A stretch of DNA of 64,000 nucleotides, from NCBI GenBank assembly GCA_963702205.1, contig OY969724.1, positions 2,688,001-2,752,000 on the forward strand, written 5' to 3'. Below the pieces are notes generated by a model. That model did no database searches and was not told the origin of the DNA. It worked only from the letters and a program-made list of their open reading frames with translations. Position 1 is the first letter of the stretch, and each line of letters begins with the position of its first letter. Source of the DNA: an uncultured candidate division Zixibacteria bacterium (GTDB taxonomy: Bacteria; Zixibacteria; MSB-5A5; GN15; PGXB01). Positions 19,714 through 29,725 of the stretch are shown piece by piece. Both the position numbers and the translations under genes were made by a program.

Positions 19714-22248
19714 CTACTTTTCCTCTACCCGGCTTAGCTTCACATAGTCCACCCGGCGTTTACGCATCTGAAGTCCGTTGGTCGGTGTCGCCGAGAAATT
19801 TCTATATATGATGACCACGTCGTTATCAATATGCTCGGATATTCTCACCGGTAATATAATCTTGCCGACTTCCGATTCAATTCTAAGCAGCGTTCCGTTT
19901 TGAGCGTGATATTTTTCCGCCAGGGCCGGAGAGATTTCCAAAAATGATTCGCTGCAAAATGCCGAAAGCGATTTTGATTTTTCGGTCAGGTGCCCGAAAT
20001 GGTGCAACTCGTCGGCTACGATCAAAGCAATGTTATAATCTTTGCCCGGCTCTTCGGTCAAATATTTGGCTTCTTTCAGTTCGGAAATGACAGGGGCAAC
20101 TCTTTCGACATCGAGCAGAGTCGTTATTTCATCCTGAAGTTGGCTGTCCGAATCATACAGCGGGTTTTTCATCGCCTCCGCCAGCCGGTTCATTATCTCA
20201 TGACCGGGTAAGGCCTGCCCCGGCGGATTTATCGCCTTATCGAAATGCTGCAAGCGTCCTTCGACATTTATAAAGGCCCCGGATATCTCGGCCGGTCCCG
20301 CCAGCGGCAGAACGACGTCCGCCATAGCCGAGGTTTTGCTTTCGAACATATCCGCCACGACCAGAAAGTCGAGCGTTTCCAAACCCTCGCGCACGAATTC
20401 GCCGTCGGGGTACACCAGCATCGGGTCGCATCCCATAACAAAGACCGAATCGACTTCCTCTTTTTTGCCGGCCAGCAGAATCCTGTCGGCGGCCAGCCCG
20501 GCCTGCTCGGGATAGCCGTTCCACATTTCATTCAATTTCCCGATGGCGGCATCGGACAGATGAGGCATGACGCCCAGCCATTCGGCGCCTTTACTGTTGG
20601 CGTACTTCGACAAAAATCCAAACTGACCCTTGTTTAGTATTCCTGATATTAAAAGCATATTCGAAATCGACGCCGCCATGCTGTCACGAGTCGTGGCGTT
20701 GGTCAGAAGTTCTCCGACAATGACGGTCACATTCTTGGCGTCCAGAATAGCTTTGGCCAGTCCGTTGATCCGTTCCTTATCCACCCCGCAAATCTTTGAA
20801 GCGGCATCCAAACTCGACGGGTCAATCAACGATTTAAGTCTATCCGCATATTTATTTTTCAGATCGTTGTCGTGTTCGGTCATCGCCACGCATAGTCCGT
20901 TGATAAATGCCTCCAACGTCCCCAGACGATAAATTATTTCATCGGTCGAAATATCGCCGGATTTCGTCGCGAACGGGTTGATCGTATATAATTTAGCGCC
21001 TGAATTATTGACCGTTTTGCGCACCCGCAAGTGTACTATCGGATGCTCGTTTATCAAATTGGATGCGATCACCAGGACGACGTCGGACTTTTCGATATTT
21101 TCGATTGAAAGTTGATGTTTCGTCAGGCTGGTATATAAGTCCCCGGATTTTTCCGGGAGCATTTTATAATCTATGCGGAAGTCGACATTATTCGTATTCA
21201 ATACCGTGCGGAAAAATTTCGAGAAAGTGTACAACGAACTGCAATCGAGTCCCGGGTAGGCCAGCCCGCTGAGACAGACACCGCCTTTTTTATCTTTAAT
21301 ATCTTTGAACTTGGCAGCGATAGCACCGATCGCTTCTTCCCAGGTTGCCTCAACCTGATGCTCACCCTTTTTGATCAACGGCGTTGTCAGACGGTCTTCG
21401 GCGTTGGCAATCTGGTACCCATAACGACCCCGGTCACAAATCCAGCCTTCATCGATAGCGTCGTTGCGGCGCGACGTCGCGCGATATATTTCATTGCGGT
21501 TTTTCCATAGCGTAAGATTACAGCCGTCGGCGCAGTAATTACAAACCGATTTGACCTGCTGTGTTTTCCAGACCCGTATTTTATATCGGAAATCGGTATT
21601 GGTCAGCGCTCCAACCGGACAAATCTCGACCAGATTGCCGCTGTACAGCGAATCGACCTGCTCGCCGGGCGCGGCGTCGATCTCGGCAACGTTGCCGCGA
21701 TAAAATGCTCCCAGGTCGTGCTCGCCGAAAACCTCCTTATTGGCCCGGACACATTTAAAACAAAGGATGCACCGGTTTTGGTTTCTTATTATTTCCGGAC
21801 CGATACGATAATCATCGAACGTTGATTTTGGATCACGTTTGAATCTATATTTGGAGAAGTCATAGCGGGAATCATCGGTGGCGTGCTCGAACGTCAGGTC
21901 CTGAAGATCGCACTCCCCGCCTTTGTCGCAGGTCGGGCAGTCCAGCGGATGATTCAACAGGATAAACTCCAAAACGGCCTTGCGGCCCTGAATGACCTTT
22001 TCTGACCTGGTGTGGACGACCATGTCCGGCATACATTCGGTGGCGCAGGAAACGGCCAAAGTACGGAATTTTTCGATCTCGACATAGCACATACGGCAGG
22101 CCCCGACCGATTTCAATTTCGGGTGCCAGCAGAAAGTCGGAATCTCGATACCCATGGAGCGCGCCGCCACGAGGACGGTCGTCCCCTTTTCGACCGTTAC
22201 CTGCCGGTCGTCTATGGTCAGTGTGATTTTATTGCCGTTGTCGCTCAT
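19714..22248 (-). CDS. nuoG: NADH-quinone oxidoreductase subunit G
   Basis: IPTFC, GACRMC, HPLDCPTCDKGGEC, CILCFKC, CNYCADGC. Start set to ATG 22248 overlapping the nuoF stop (ATGA). Confidence 0.94.
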   Translation of the reverse strand: MSDNGNKITLTIDDRQVTVEKGTTVLVAARSMGIEIPTFCWHPKLKSVGACRMCYVEIEKFRTLAVSCATECMPDMVVHTRSEKVIQGRKAVLEFILLNHPLDCPTCDKGGECDLQDLTFEHATDDSRYDFSKYRFKRDPKSTFDDYRIGPEIIRNQNRCILCFKCVRANKEVFGEHDLGAFYRGNVAEIDAAPGEQVDSLYSGNLVEICPVGALTNTDFRYKIRVWKTQQVKSVCNYCADGCNLTLWKNRNEIYRATSRRNDAIDEGWICDRGRYGYQIANAEDRLTTPLIKKGEHQVEATWEEAIGAIAAKFKDIKDKKGGVCLSGLAYPGLDCSSLYTFSKFFRTVLNTNNVDFRIDYKMLPEKSGDLYTSLTKHQLSIENIEKSDVVLVIASNLINEHPIVHLRVRKTVNNSGAKLYTINPFATKSGDISTDEIIYRLGTLEAFINGLCVAMTEHDNDLKNKYADRLKSLIDPSSLDAASKICGVDKERINGLAKAILDAKNVTVIVGELLTNATTRDSMAASISNMLLISGILNKGQFGFLSKYANSKGAEWLGVMPHLSDAAIGKLNEMWNGYPEQAGLAADRILLAGKKEEVDSVFVMGCDPMLVYPDGEFVREGLETLDFLVVADMFESKTSAMADVVLPLAGPAEISGAFINVEGRLQHFDKAINPPGQALPGHEIMNRLAEAMKNPLYDSDSQLQDEITTLLDVERVAPVISELKEAKYLTEEPGKDYNIALIVADELHHFGHLTEKSKSLSAFCSESFLEISPALAEKYHAQNGTLLRIESEVGKIILPVRISEHIDNDVVIIYRNFSATPTNGLQMRKRRVDYVKLSRVEEK

Positions 22249-23528
22249 TCGAACGGACACTCCGTTTCCACCATGCACTTGCCGTTGTCTATATGGTACT
22301 GCCACTCATCGCGGAATAATTTTATGGTCGACTGTATCGGCATGACCGCCGCGTCGCCAAGCGGACAAATCGTCCGCCCGAGTATATTATTGCAAATCGA
22401 TTCTATTTTCTCGATGTCGCCGGCTTTGCCTTCGCCGTGTTCGATACGGGAGATCATCTGCTCCAGCCAGCCGGTGCCTTCCCGGCAGGGAGTACATTTG
22501 CCGCACGATTCATGCTTGTAAAAATGTATCAGCCTCTCGATCACCCAGACGATACAGGTTTTTTCGTGCAGCACGATCACGCCACCGGAACCGAGCATTG
22601 ACCCCGCCGCGGTGACGGATTCATAGTCCAGAGGCGTATCCAGTTGCTCGGGCAGCAAAAATGGTGTCGAGGACCCGCCCGGAATAACGGCCTTGATCGT
22701 ATGCCCGTCGACTACCCCGCCGCCAAGATCGTTTATCAGGTACGACAGTGGCGTCCCTAACTCAAGCTCATAATTGCCGGGCTTTTTAACATGCCCGGAC
22801 AGGGAGAATATTTTCGTCCCTTTGGATTTCTCGGTCCCCATCGCGGCGTACCAATCGGGACCATTATTTATTATGTGCGGAATACAGGCCAGCGTCTCGA
22901 CGTTGTTGACCACCGTCGGGCAGGCATACAGACCTTCGATAGCCGGGAACGGCGGACGAATCCGCGACATTCCCCGCTCGCCTTCGAGCGAATTGAGCAG
23001 AGCCGTCTCTTCACCACATATATAGGCGCCGCCGCCGGTGTGTATGATCAATTCGAGATCGTATCCCGACCCGAAAATATTTTTGCCGAGCATGCCTTTG
23101 TCATAGGCTTCTTTGACGGCTTTATTCATCGAGCGGATCGGCCCGCCGAACTCGCCGCGAATATAAATGAAGCACAAATGGCATCCGATGGCATACGATG
23201 CAATGGCCATACCTTCGATGACGCCGTGCGGATCGCATTCCATCAACTGGCGGTCCTTGCACGTGCCGGGTTCTGATTCATCGGCGTTGCAGACGAGATA
23301 GCGCGGTTTGGGGCTGTCCTTGGGCACGAAGCTCCATTTCAGCCCGGCCGGGAATCCGGCCCCGCCGCGTCCGCGCACACCCGATTTTTTGACCGTCTCG
23401 ATAAGATCCGCCGGCTGCATTTCTTTCAAAACCTTCTCCCAGGCCTTATAGCCGCCGCGCGAGATATAGGTATCGATCCGGACCTGCTCGGGGTCGTCGA
23501 TATATTTAAACAGAACCTTCTTTTCCAT
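22245..23528 (-). CDS. nuoF: NADH-quinone oxidoreductase subunit F
   Basis: RGRGGAGF, NADESEPG, GAYICGEETAL, ESCGKCTPCREG. Confidence 0.96.
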   Translation of the reverse strand: MEKKVLFKYIDDPEQVRIDTYISRGGYKAWEKVLKEMQPADLIETVKKSGVRGRGGAGFPAGLKWSFVPKDSPKPRYLVCNADESEPGTCKDRQLMECDPHGVIEGMAIASYAIGCHLCFIYIRGEFGGPIRSMNKAVKEAYDKGMLGKNIFGSGYDLELIIHTGGGAYICGEETALLNSLEGERGMSRIRPPFPAIEGLYACPTVVNNVETLACIPHIINNGPDWYAAMGTEKSKGTKIFSLSGHVKKPGNYELELGTPLSYLINDLGGGVVDGHTIKAVIPGGSSTPFLLPEQLDTPLDYESVTAAGSMLGSGGVIVLHEKTCIVWVIERLIHFYKHESCGKCTPCREGTGWLEQMISRIEHGEGKAGDIEKIESICNNILGRTICPLGDAAVMPIQSTIKLFRDEWQYHIDNGKCMVETECPFE

Positions 23529-24006
23529 CCTCCGCCTTTTTTCTCAAATCATCGAGAATAGCATCGACCTTTTCTTTCGTGAGGTACTCGTAGTACCTGT
23601 CGCCGATCTGCATCATGGGTGCCGACGCGCAGCTTCCCAGACATTCCACCGAAATCAAAGTAAACATCTTATCCGACGTCGTCTCGCCTTTTTTAATCCC
23701 CAGCTTCTGCTCCAGATAATCCACCAGCCCGTCGGCCCCAAGCAGTGCGCAGCTTATGTTATGGCACACCTGTATCAAGTAGCGGCCGGTCGGTGCCTTG
23801 GGGAACATCGTGTAGAACGATGCGGCTTCGGCGATTTCACCTTCGGGGATTTCTATGACTTCCGAAATTTCCTTGTATATTTCTTCATCGAGATGTCCCA
23901 GTTGATTGTACGCCACCGTCAGAGCGGGCAACACAGCGGATTTGCGCTTCGGGTAGCGCACCATCTTCTCTTTGATCTCGGCTATGGAATTTTCCGACAA
24001 AATCAT
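23506..24006 (-). CDS. nuoE: NADH-quinone oxidoreductase subunit E
   Basis: ASFYTMF, CHNISC, ECLGSC. Confidence 0.95.
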   Translation of the reverse strand: MILSENSIAEIKEKMVRYPKRKSAVLPALTVAYNQLGHLDEEIYKEISEVIEIPEGEIAEAASFYTMFPKAPTGRYLIQVCHNISCALLGADGLVDYLEQKLGIKKGETTSDKMFTLISVECLGSCASAPMMQIGDRYYEYLTKEKVDAILDDLRKKAEDGKEGSV

Positions 24007-25187
24007 CTGTCCACCTCACCCAGCACGATGTCAATCGAGCCGATCGCGGCTATAACGTCGGCCACCATGCCGCCCTCGACCATTTTGGGCAGCGCCGAAA
24101 GATTCACGAAACTCGGCGGCCGCACTCTAACGCGATGGGGCCTGTTTGTGCCGTCTGATGATATATAGTATCCCAGCTCGCCTTTGGGGGCTTCAATCGC
24201 TTGATAAACCGCGCCCTTAGGCGTCTTGAAACCGTCAGTGATAATCTTAAAATGATAAATCAAAGATTCCATTTTGCTCAGGACGTCTTCCTTGGGCGGG
24301 AGAACCACGCCGGGGACGTGCGCCCGGTACGGTCCTTCCGGCATGCCTTCGAGCGCCTGCCGCGCAATACGCAGCGACTGGTGCATTTCTTCCTGCCTCA
24401 CGATGAAACGATCGAAAACGTCACCGTTCTTGCCGAGCGGAACCTCAAAATCGAATTTTTCGTAGGCACTGTACGGATTAGCTTTGCGGACGTCGTAATT
24501 GATGCCCGACCCGCGCAGACTGGGCCCGGTCAGACCGTAGTTAATGGCGTCATCGGCCGATATTTTGGCAATTCCGATAGTACGAAGCCGAAATATTTTA
24601 TTGTCGTTGAGCAGACGCTCATAATCGAGCAAACCGGCCTCGACCTGCTTGATTGCCTTTTTCACCCAATTATCGAAGTCGGGAGGAAGATCGTAGGCCA
24701 AGCCCCCGATCCGGAAATAGGTTGACATCATTCGCTGGCCGGACACCGCTTCATATATATCAATAATCGATTCGCGTTCACGGAACGCATACAGCGCCAT
24801 CGACATCGCCCCCAGATCGAAGGCGTGGGTCCCGATCCAGACCAGGTGCGATTTAATTCGAGTCATTTCGGTAAGACAGACCCGGGCCCATTTGACTTTT
24901 TCGGGGACGTCGATCCCGAGGAGTTTCTCGACCGCCAGGCAAAAGCCGAGATTGTTTGACATCGGGGCCAGATAATCCATGCGATCGGTCATCGGGATAT
25001 TTTTATAGTACAACTTTGATTCGAATGTTTTTTCAATACCGGTATGGAGATAACCGATATGGGGCGTCGCCTTAACCACGGTTTCGCCGTCGAGTTCCAG
25101 TTCCACCCTCAAAACGCCGTGCGTAGCCGGGTGCTGCGGCCCCATATTGAGGTTCATCGTCTTTCTCTGGCTGCCGGCTGCCGTCAT
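24003..25187 (-). CDS. nuoD: NADH-quinone oxidoreductase subunit D
   Basis: GPQHPATHGVLR, DRMDY, DIVLGEVDR. Confidence 0.96.
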   Translation of the reverse strand: MTAAGSQRKTMNLNMGPQHPATHGVLRVELELDGETVVKATPHIGYLHTGIEKTFESKLYYKNIPMTDRMDYLAPMSNNLGFCLAVEKLLGIDVPEKVKWARVCLTEMTRIKSHLVWIGTHAFDLGAMSMALYAFRERESIIDIYEAVSGQRMMSTYFRIGGLAYDLPPDFDNWVKKAIKQVEAGLLDYERLLNDNKIFRLRTIGIAKISADDAINYGLTGPSLRGSGINYDVRKANPYSAYEKFDFEVPLGKNGDVFDRFIVRQEEMHQSLRIARQALEGMPEGPYRAHVPGVVLPPKEDVLSKMESLIYHFKIITDGFKTPKGAVYQAIEAPKGELGYYISSDGTNRPHRVRVRPPSFVNLSALPKMVEGGMVADVIAAIGSIDIVLGEVDR

Positions 25188-25699
25188 TTTATAACCTCGG
25201 GCGGTTCGTTCATATTGTGGGAAAAGCGCGGCATTTCATAGGTCAGCGGGAAATCCTTGCGCAGAGGATGGCCCTCGAGAAAATCCGGCGTGACGATCTT
25301 CACCCGGTTGGGATGCCCGGAGAATTTTATTCCCATCATGTCCCAGACCTCGCGCTCGAGCCAGTTGGCCCCCTGCCAGATCGGAGTAACCGTATCAATG
25401 ACGGGGTCATCACCGCTCAGACGGACCTTTATAAGCAGGCGATATTTATTCTTTATGGAATATAGGTTATATATGACTTCAAAGCGGCCTTCTTTTTCTT
25501 CCGGCAGACCCATCCAGTCGAGCGAACAAATATCGGCCAGCAGATTGAAATCGAGATTGCGGTCTCCCCTCAATGAATCCAGCAGTTCGAAAATATAATC
25601 CCGGTCGACATAAAAAGACTGCTGATCCCTGAAATTATCCTCGCGGATAACGGCGTCTCTAAAATTCGCTTCCAGAAATTGTCTGACTTTTTCTTCCAT
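25184..25699 (-). CDS. nuoC: NADH-quinone oxidoreductase subunit C
   Basis: WLEREVWDMMGI, GHPLRKDFPL. Confidence 0.95.
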   Translation of the reverse strand: MEEKVRQFLEANFRDAVIREDNFRDQQSFYVDRDYIFELLDSLRGDRNLDFNLLADICSLDWMGLPEEKEGRFEVIYNLYSIKNKYRLLIKVRLSGDDPVIDTVTPIWQGANWLEREVWDMMGIKFSGHPNRVKIVTPDFLEGHPLRKDFPLTYEMPRFSHNMNEPPEVIK

Positions 25700-25728
25700 G
25701 ACGTCAATCGGTCCGGCCTGCCCGGCCC

Positions 25729-26223
25729 TTATTTTTCCTTCTCGTTCTTCCCGGTCTTAAAACTGGAGTGGGCCACTTTTTCCTGAAGTTTCAATATTCC
25801 TTCGATCAACTGCTCCGGCCTTGGCGGGCAGCCCGGCACATATATATCCACCGGTAATATTCTGTCCACCCCCTGGACGATGGCATAATTATTGAAAACC
25901 CCGCCGCAGGAGGCGCACGCTCCCATTGAAATCACCCACTTGGGATTCGGCATCTGGTCGTAAAGCCGTTTGAGCACTGGTGCCATTTTGGTCGAAACAC
26001 GGCCGGAGATTATCATCAGGTCGGCCTGACGCGGCGACGGCCGCATAACTTCCATGCCGAAGCGGGCCAGGTCATAATGGGACATAAAAGTAGACATCAT
26101 CTCGATTGCACAGCAGGCCAGGCCCATGCCCAGCGGCCACATAGACCGCTTTCTGGCCCAGCCGACCATCTTCTCAAGGGTGGTCAACATTATCGAATCG
26201 GGAATTTTTTCTTCTAATCCCAC
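25729..26223 (-). CDS. nuoB: NADH-quinone oxidoreductase subunit B
   Basis: [23 protein letters not shown]. Confidence 0.96.
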   Translation of the reverse strand: MGLEEKIPDSIMLTTLEKMVGWARKRSMWPLGMGLACCAIEMMSTFMSHYDLARFGMEVMRPSPRQADLMIISGRVSTKMAPVLKRLYDQMPNPKWVISMGACASCGGVFNNYAIVQGVDRILPVDIYVPGCPPRPEQLIEGILKLQEKVAHSSFKTGKNEKEK

Positions 26224-26576
26224 TTCAAGGCCCCTTTACCGAGGATATAAAAGTAACCGACAAGCAGTATCAGCACGAAAACCAGCATTTCGACAAACCC
26301 GAAAACGCCGAGTTTGTCATAAATCACCGCCCATGGATACAAAAATACGACTTCAATATCGAAGATGATAAATAATATCGCAATCAGGTAAAACTTGATC
26401 GGAAACCGTTCCAGAGTGTCGCCTTTGGGGACGACACCGGATTCATAGGGGTCACCTTTGGCTTCGGCCTTGGTCCGTTTGCCAAATATGATGGACATAA
26501 CAAAAAATGCCAGAGCCAGAGCTGAGGCAAACAGGACCAGGAAAAATATAGGAAAAAAGGTGCTAAAGTGCTCCAT
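26214..26576 (-). CDS. nuoA: NADH-quinone oxidoreductase subunit A
   Basis: [25 protein letters not shown]. Confidence 0.95.
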   Translation of the reverse strand: MEHFSTFFPIFFLVLFASALALAFFVMSIIFGKRTKAEAKGDPYESGVVPKGDTLERFPIKFYLIAILFIIFDIEVVFLYPWAVIYDKLGVFGFVEMLVFVLILLVGYFYILGKGALKWD

Positions 26577-26607
26577 TTGGTTTCTTCCGTTCCATAAATA
26601 AAAGCCA

Positions 26608-26636
26608 ATTATAGTAATAAGACTTTTTCAAGTCAA
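26608..26636 (-). promoter_or_regulatory. sigma70-type promoter of the nuo operon
   Basis: Minus strand TTGACT-17 nt-TATAAT. Confidence 0.75.
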
Positions 26637-26652
26637 TGCTTAAATTAGCCGC

Positions 26653-26670
26653 ATGTGAAATTATTAACAA
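26653..26670. promoter_or_regulatory. imperfect palindrome resembling a CRP-family or Rex box
   Basis: ATGTGAA-ATTA-TTAACAA, centred about 60-61 nt upstream of the predicted nuo start site. Confidence 0.4.
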
Positions 26671-26705
26671 ACTATGGCTCAATTAAGTTCCGAATATATT
26701 GAAGA

Positions 26706-27752
26706 TCATACGCCGATTCTAATATGATTGGAATAAATCCAGCCCCGTCCGTTCCTGCATACCTCGACCCGATACAACCCCTTTTGACTGGGCGAGTACT
26801 CCATAAAATCCCCGTTGCTTTCAAGCACAATGTTGCCGTCGCGGATGAGTTTAAATTGCCCTTTTTCCGGCAGTCGAGCGGTCATCCGGGCATTTTCGTT
26901 CGTTTCCAGCCGTCCCCCGGATATTACCGTCTCACCTCCCCGGCGGGCATAAAATTCAAATCCGGAGGCATCGCCCCAGCGATAATTCGATGCAAAAACC
27001 CGGCAATCTCTTATGGCATCATAAATTTGTTTTTTGGCCTGATTTAAATCCGAAGAAAGCCTTTCAGGCAGTAATAGATGGGTTCGCAACGATTTAAACT
27101 GCACTTTATAAGGAAAAATAGTTATGCGGATCGGGCCGAGCTTGTATGGAAACCCGTGCACGTCGATGGCTCCGATCCCGGCGATTTTGCGTTCGATATT
27201 GAGTTCATCCCATTTTTTCAAGATGCGGTCGGTCGGCGTTTGAAGAAATTTCCGGGGAGAAAAAAGCATTTTGAGCTTGTTGTATGGCTTTAGGTTCTCC
27301 ATCCACTCGGACATCTGATTCCATATTTCGATGCCGTCGAACTCGCGTGCGTCCCAGGCCAGCCAGGGATACGACGGATACTTGCCGAGACGGGGACGGA
27401 TTTCATCGGGATGAGCAATGATCCCCAGCGCTCCCTGACGAGCTCCTTCGGCGACATAATCCACGGGCGCCATATCTACCGGCAGGACGCTTTCAGTCCC
27501 GAATAAAAGATAATGATTGCAGTCTTCCCGGTCGTTATGTTCGTAACCGATCAGGGTCAATGTCTTGCCGTAGTAACCTTCTTTCCCGGCTTCTCGCAAT
27601 TCGAGGGTCATATGGTCGGATATCAGGATATAATCGAGCCCGACCGAATCGGCGATGGCGGCGACGTCTTCAAGAGTTTTTGAACCATCGGAAAAGGTCG
27701 TGTGGATATGCACGCAACCGATATACTCGTAATATTCGCCGTTTTTTTTCAT
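26706..27752 (-). CDS. PHP-domain metallophosphoesterase
   Basis: HIHTTFSDG, SDH, AHP, DGIEIWN, DVH metal-binding motifs. Confidence 0.85.
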   Translation of the reverse strand: MKKNGEYYEYIGCVHIHTTFSDGSKTLEDVAAIADSVGLDYILISDHMTLELREAGKEGYYGKTLTLIGYEHNDREDCNHYLLFGTESVLPVDMAPVDYVAEGARQGALGIIAHPDEIRPRLGKYPSYPWLAWDAREFDGIEIWNQMSEWMENLKPYNKLKMLFSPRKFLQTPTDRILKKWDELNIERKIAGIGAIDVHGFPYKLGPIRITIFPYKVQFKSLRTHLLLPERLSSDLNQAKKQIYDAIRDCRVFASNYRWGDASGFEFYARRGGETVISGGRLETNENARMTARLPEKGQFKLIRDGNIVLESNGDFMEYSPSQKGLYRVEVCRNGRGWIYSNHIRIGV

Positions 27753-27762
27753 TGCAATACAA

Positions 27763-29079
27763 TCAACTTTCTGCGGCCGGTACTTTGCGGAAGATATATA
27801 GCCCCACTGCCATCATAAGAGCAAGTGAAAACAGAGCAATTTTGTATGGCATTTTTATGGCGGCAGTGCTGTCAAGGGACAACCACCCGGAAACCATCGA
27901 ACCCAGTGGCCGCGACGGTGCAAATAAATATACCAGCACACCCCATACCAGCGGACCGACCACCGCCGCGGCTCTTCCAGAGAGCGAATAAAGTCCAAAA
28001 AAACGCCCGAGCTCGTTTTCAGGGACCATCTCTCCCAGCAGCGGCCTTGATACGGTCCACAGTCCGCCAAGAAGCACACCCACTAACGAACCGAGAAAAT
28101 ATATAACCGTGATGTTATCGAACAACAGGAACAGCAAAAGGACTATGATCCAGAGCCGTACTATGGCGGTCATGAGTTTTTTCAAAACCACTCTTTTCGA
28201 CAGCGCCCCGATCGCGAACGACCCAATCACCGCCGATACGGTTGACACGATCAGAAACACGGTAAGATCGGCATCGGCGAACCCGATGACAATCGAAGAA
28301 AATATCCCGATGTTTAAAATCACGGTGGCGACGGCATCCTCGAAAAAATAATCGGCGATAAGAAACCGCAATACTCCGGGATATTTGCGAGTCTGCCTGA
28401 TACCGTCCCAGACGTCTTTGTACGCTCTTTTTAAACCGGCCGACCTGGACTTGATCGCCAGATGCTTTTCATTTACCCAGAAAAACAGCGGCAGCGAAAA
28501 AATAAAAAACAAAATCGCGGTTGGCAGAAACGCAGCGTTCTTTCCGCCCGCTTCGAAAAATGGAACCTCCAGCCCAAACAGCGTTCCGGTAACCGGCGGA
28601 AGAATCAGCACCATCCCGATAATCGCACCGAAGTAGCCCAGGGCCACCCCGAACCCCGACACCATGCGGGCCCGACGCCCTTCGGATACGGCGTAGAGCA
28701 GAGAATTATAAAACACCATGCCGCCTTCGTAAAAGAAATTGGACAGGGCAAAAAAGACCGCAATCAGAACAAAATACGTAAGCGGGATCAGTGGGATTAT
28801 CCCGGTCGCGAGACAGCACGAAAACGTGAACAGAAAAAGAAACAGCTTCTTCTTTCGGCTGTGATCGGACAGCGCCCCCATCGCGGGCATAATTAAAGCC
28901 ACCAGCAACATCGAAGCGGCGTACGGCACGTCATAGTACAACCCGTCGCGCCCGAGGTCCTCGACAATCCAGCGCTTCAAGTACAATGATAAGATGTTCA
29001 TGGAGTAGATGGTATTGGCGAAGTCATACAGCGACCAGCCGATAACATCCTTGCGCAGAAGCGTCGCGGCTTTGCTCAA
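27763..29079 (-). CDS. MFS transporter (UMF1/Atg22-like)
   Basis: GWSLYDFAN, about 12 TM helices, GRFFGLYSLSGR. Confidence 0.85.
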   Translation of the reverse strand: MSKAATLLRKDVIGWSLYDFANTIYSMNILSLYLKRWIVEDLGRDGLYYDVPYAASMLLVALIMPAMGALSDHSRKKKLFLFLFTFSCCLATGIIPLIPLTYFVLIAVFFALSNFFYEGGMVFYNSLLYAVSEGRRARMVSGFGVALGYFGAIIGMVLILPPVTGTLFGLEVPFFEAGGKNAAFLPTAILFFIFSLPLFFWVNEKHLAIKSRSAGLKRAYKDVWDGIRQTRKYPGVLRFLIADYFFEDAVATVILNIGIFSSIVIGFADADLTVFLIVSTVSAVIGSFAIGALSKRVVLKKLMTAIVRLWIIVLLLFLLFDNITVIYFLGSLVGVLLGGLWTVSRPLLGEMVPENELGRFFGLYSLSGRAAAVVGPLVWGVLVYLFAPSRPLGSMVSGWLSLDSTAAIKMPYKIALFSLALMMAVGLYIFRKVPAAES

Positions 29080-29624
29080 AGCCCCAACCTGTCGGCGATG
29101 GTCATCATACCGTCACGCACCATTTCCAAAAACTCGGGCAGCTCCAAACCAATCTCGGAGCAGGCCGCGATATTTTCACGGGTCGCTCCGGCGGCGAATC
29201 TTTTCTCACCGAACCGCCGCATCATGAAATCGGCGTCGATTCCGGAGAGTTTTTTCGACGGATGCATCAGGGCACAGGCCACAATGAAACCGGTCGACGG
29301 ATCGACCGCGTACAAAGACCATTCCATCCTCGTCTCACACGGGGCGTGGCCCGGGTGACAGCGAATTGCGCGGATCATCTCAGAGGGCAGATTGTATTCT
29401 TCAAGCCATTCTTCGGTGACGAATGTATGACGGTCGGGATCTTTAGCGGTGACATCATAATCGAGATCGTGCAGAAGGCCGGTCAGCCCCCAGAACTCAA
29501 CGTCTTCATTAAAATGCCCCGCCAGCTTCCTCATCCCGGCTTCGACCGCGAGAATATGTTTGCGGAGATTCTTGTTGGCGATCTTCGATTCCATCAACTG
29601 AAAGGCGGTCTCTCGGTCAATCAT
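29076..29624 (-). CDS. HD-domain hydrolase
   Basis: LRKH, GLLHDLDY, KRFAAG. Confidence 0.85.
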   Translation of the reverse strand: MIDRETAFQLMESKIANKNLRKHILAVEAGMRKLAGHFNEDVEFWGLTGLLHDLDYDVTAKDPDRHTFVTEEWLEEYNLPSEMIRAIRCHPGHAPCETRMEWSLYAVDPSTGFIVACALMHPSKKLSGIDADFMMRRFGEKRFAAGATRENIAACSEIGLELPEFLEMVRDGMMTIADRLGL

Positions 29625-29725
29625 AATAAATATCCTTTATTGAAATCAGTCCGCCAAATATACGTCGCCAAAACATAATTGTCAAAATTCCTGATATTGT
29701 CTATTATATTCCAATCGGAGATATT

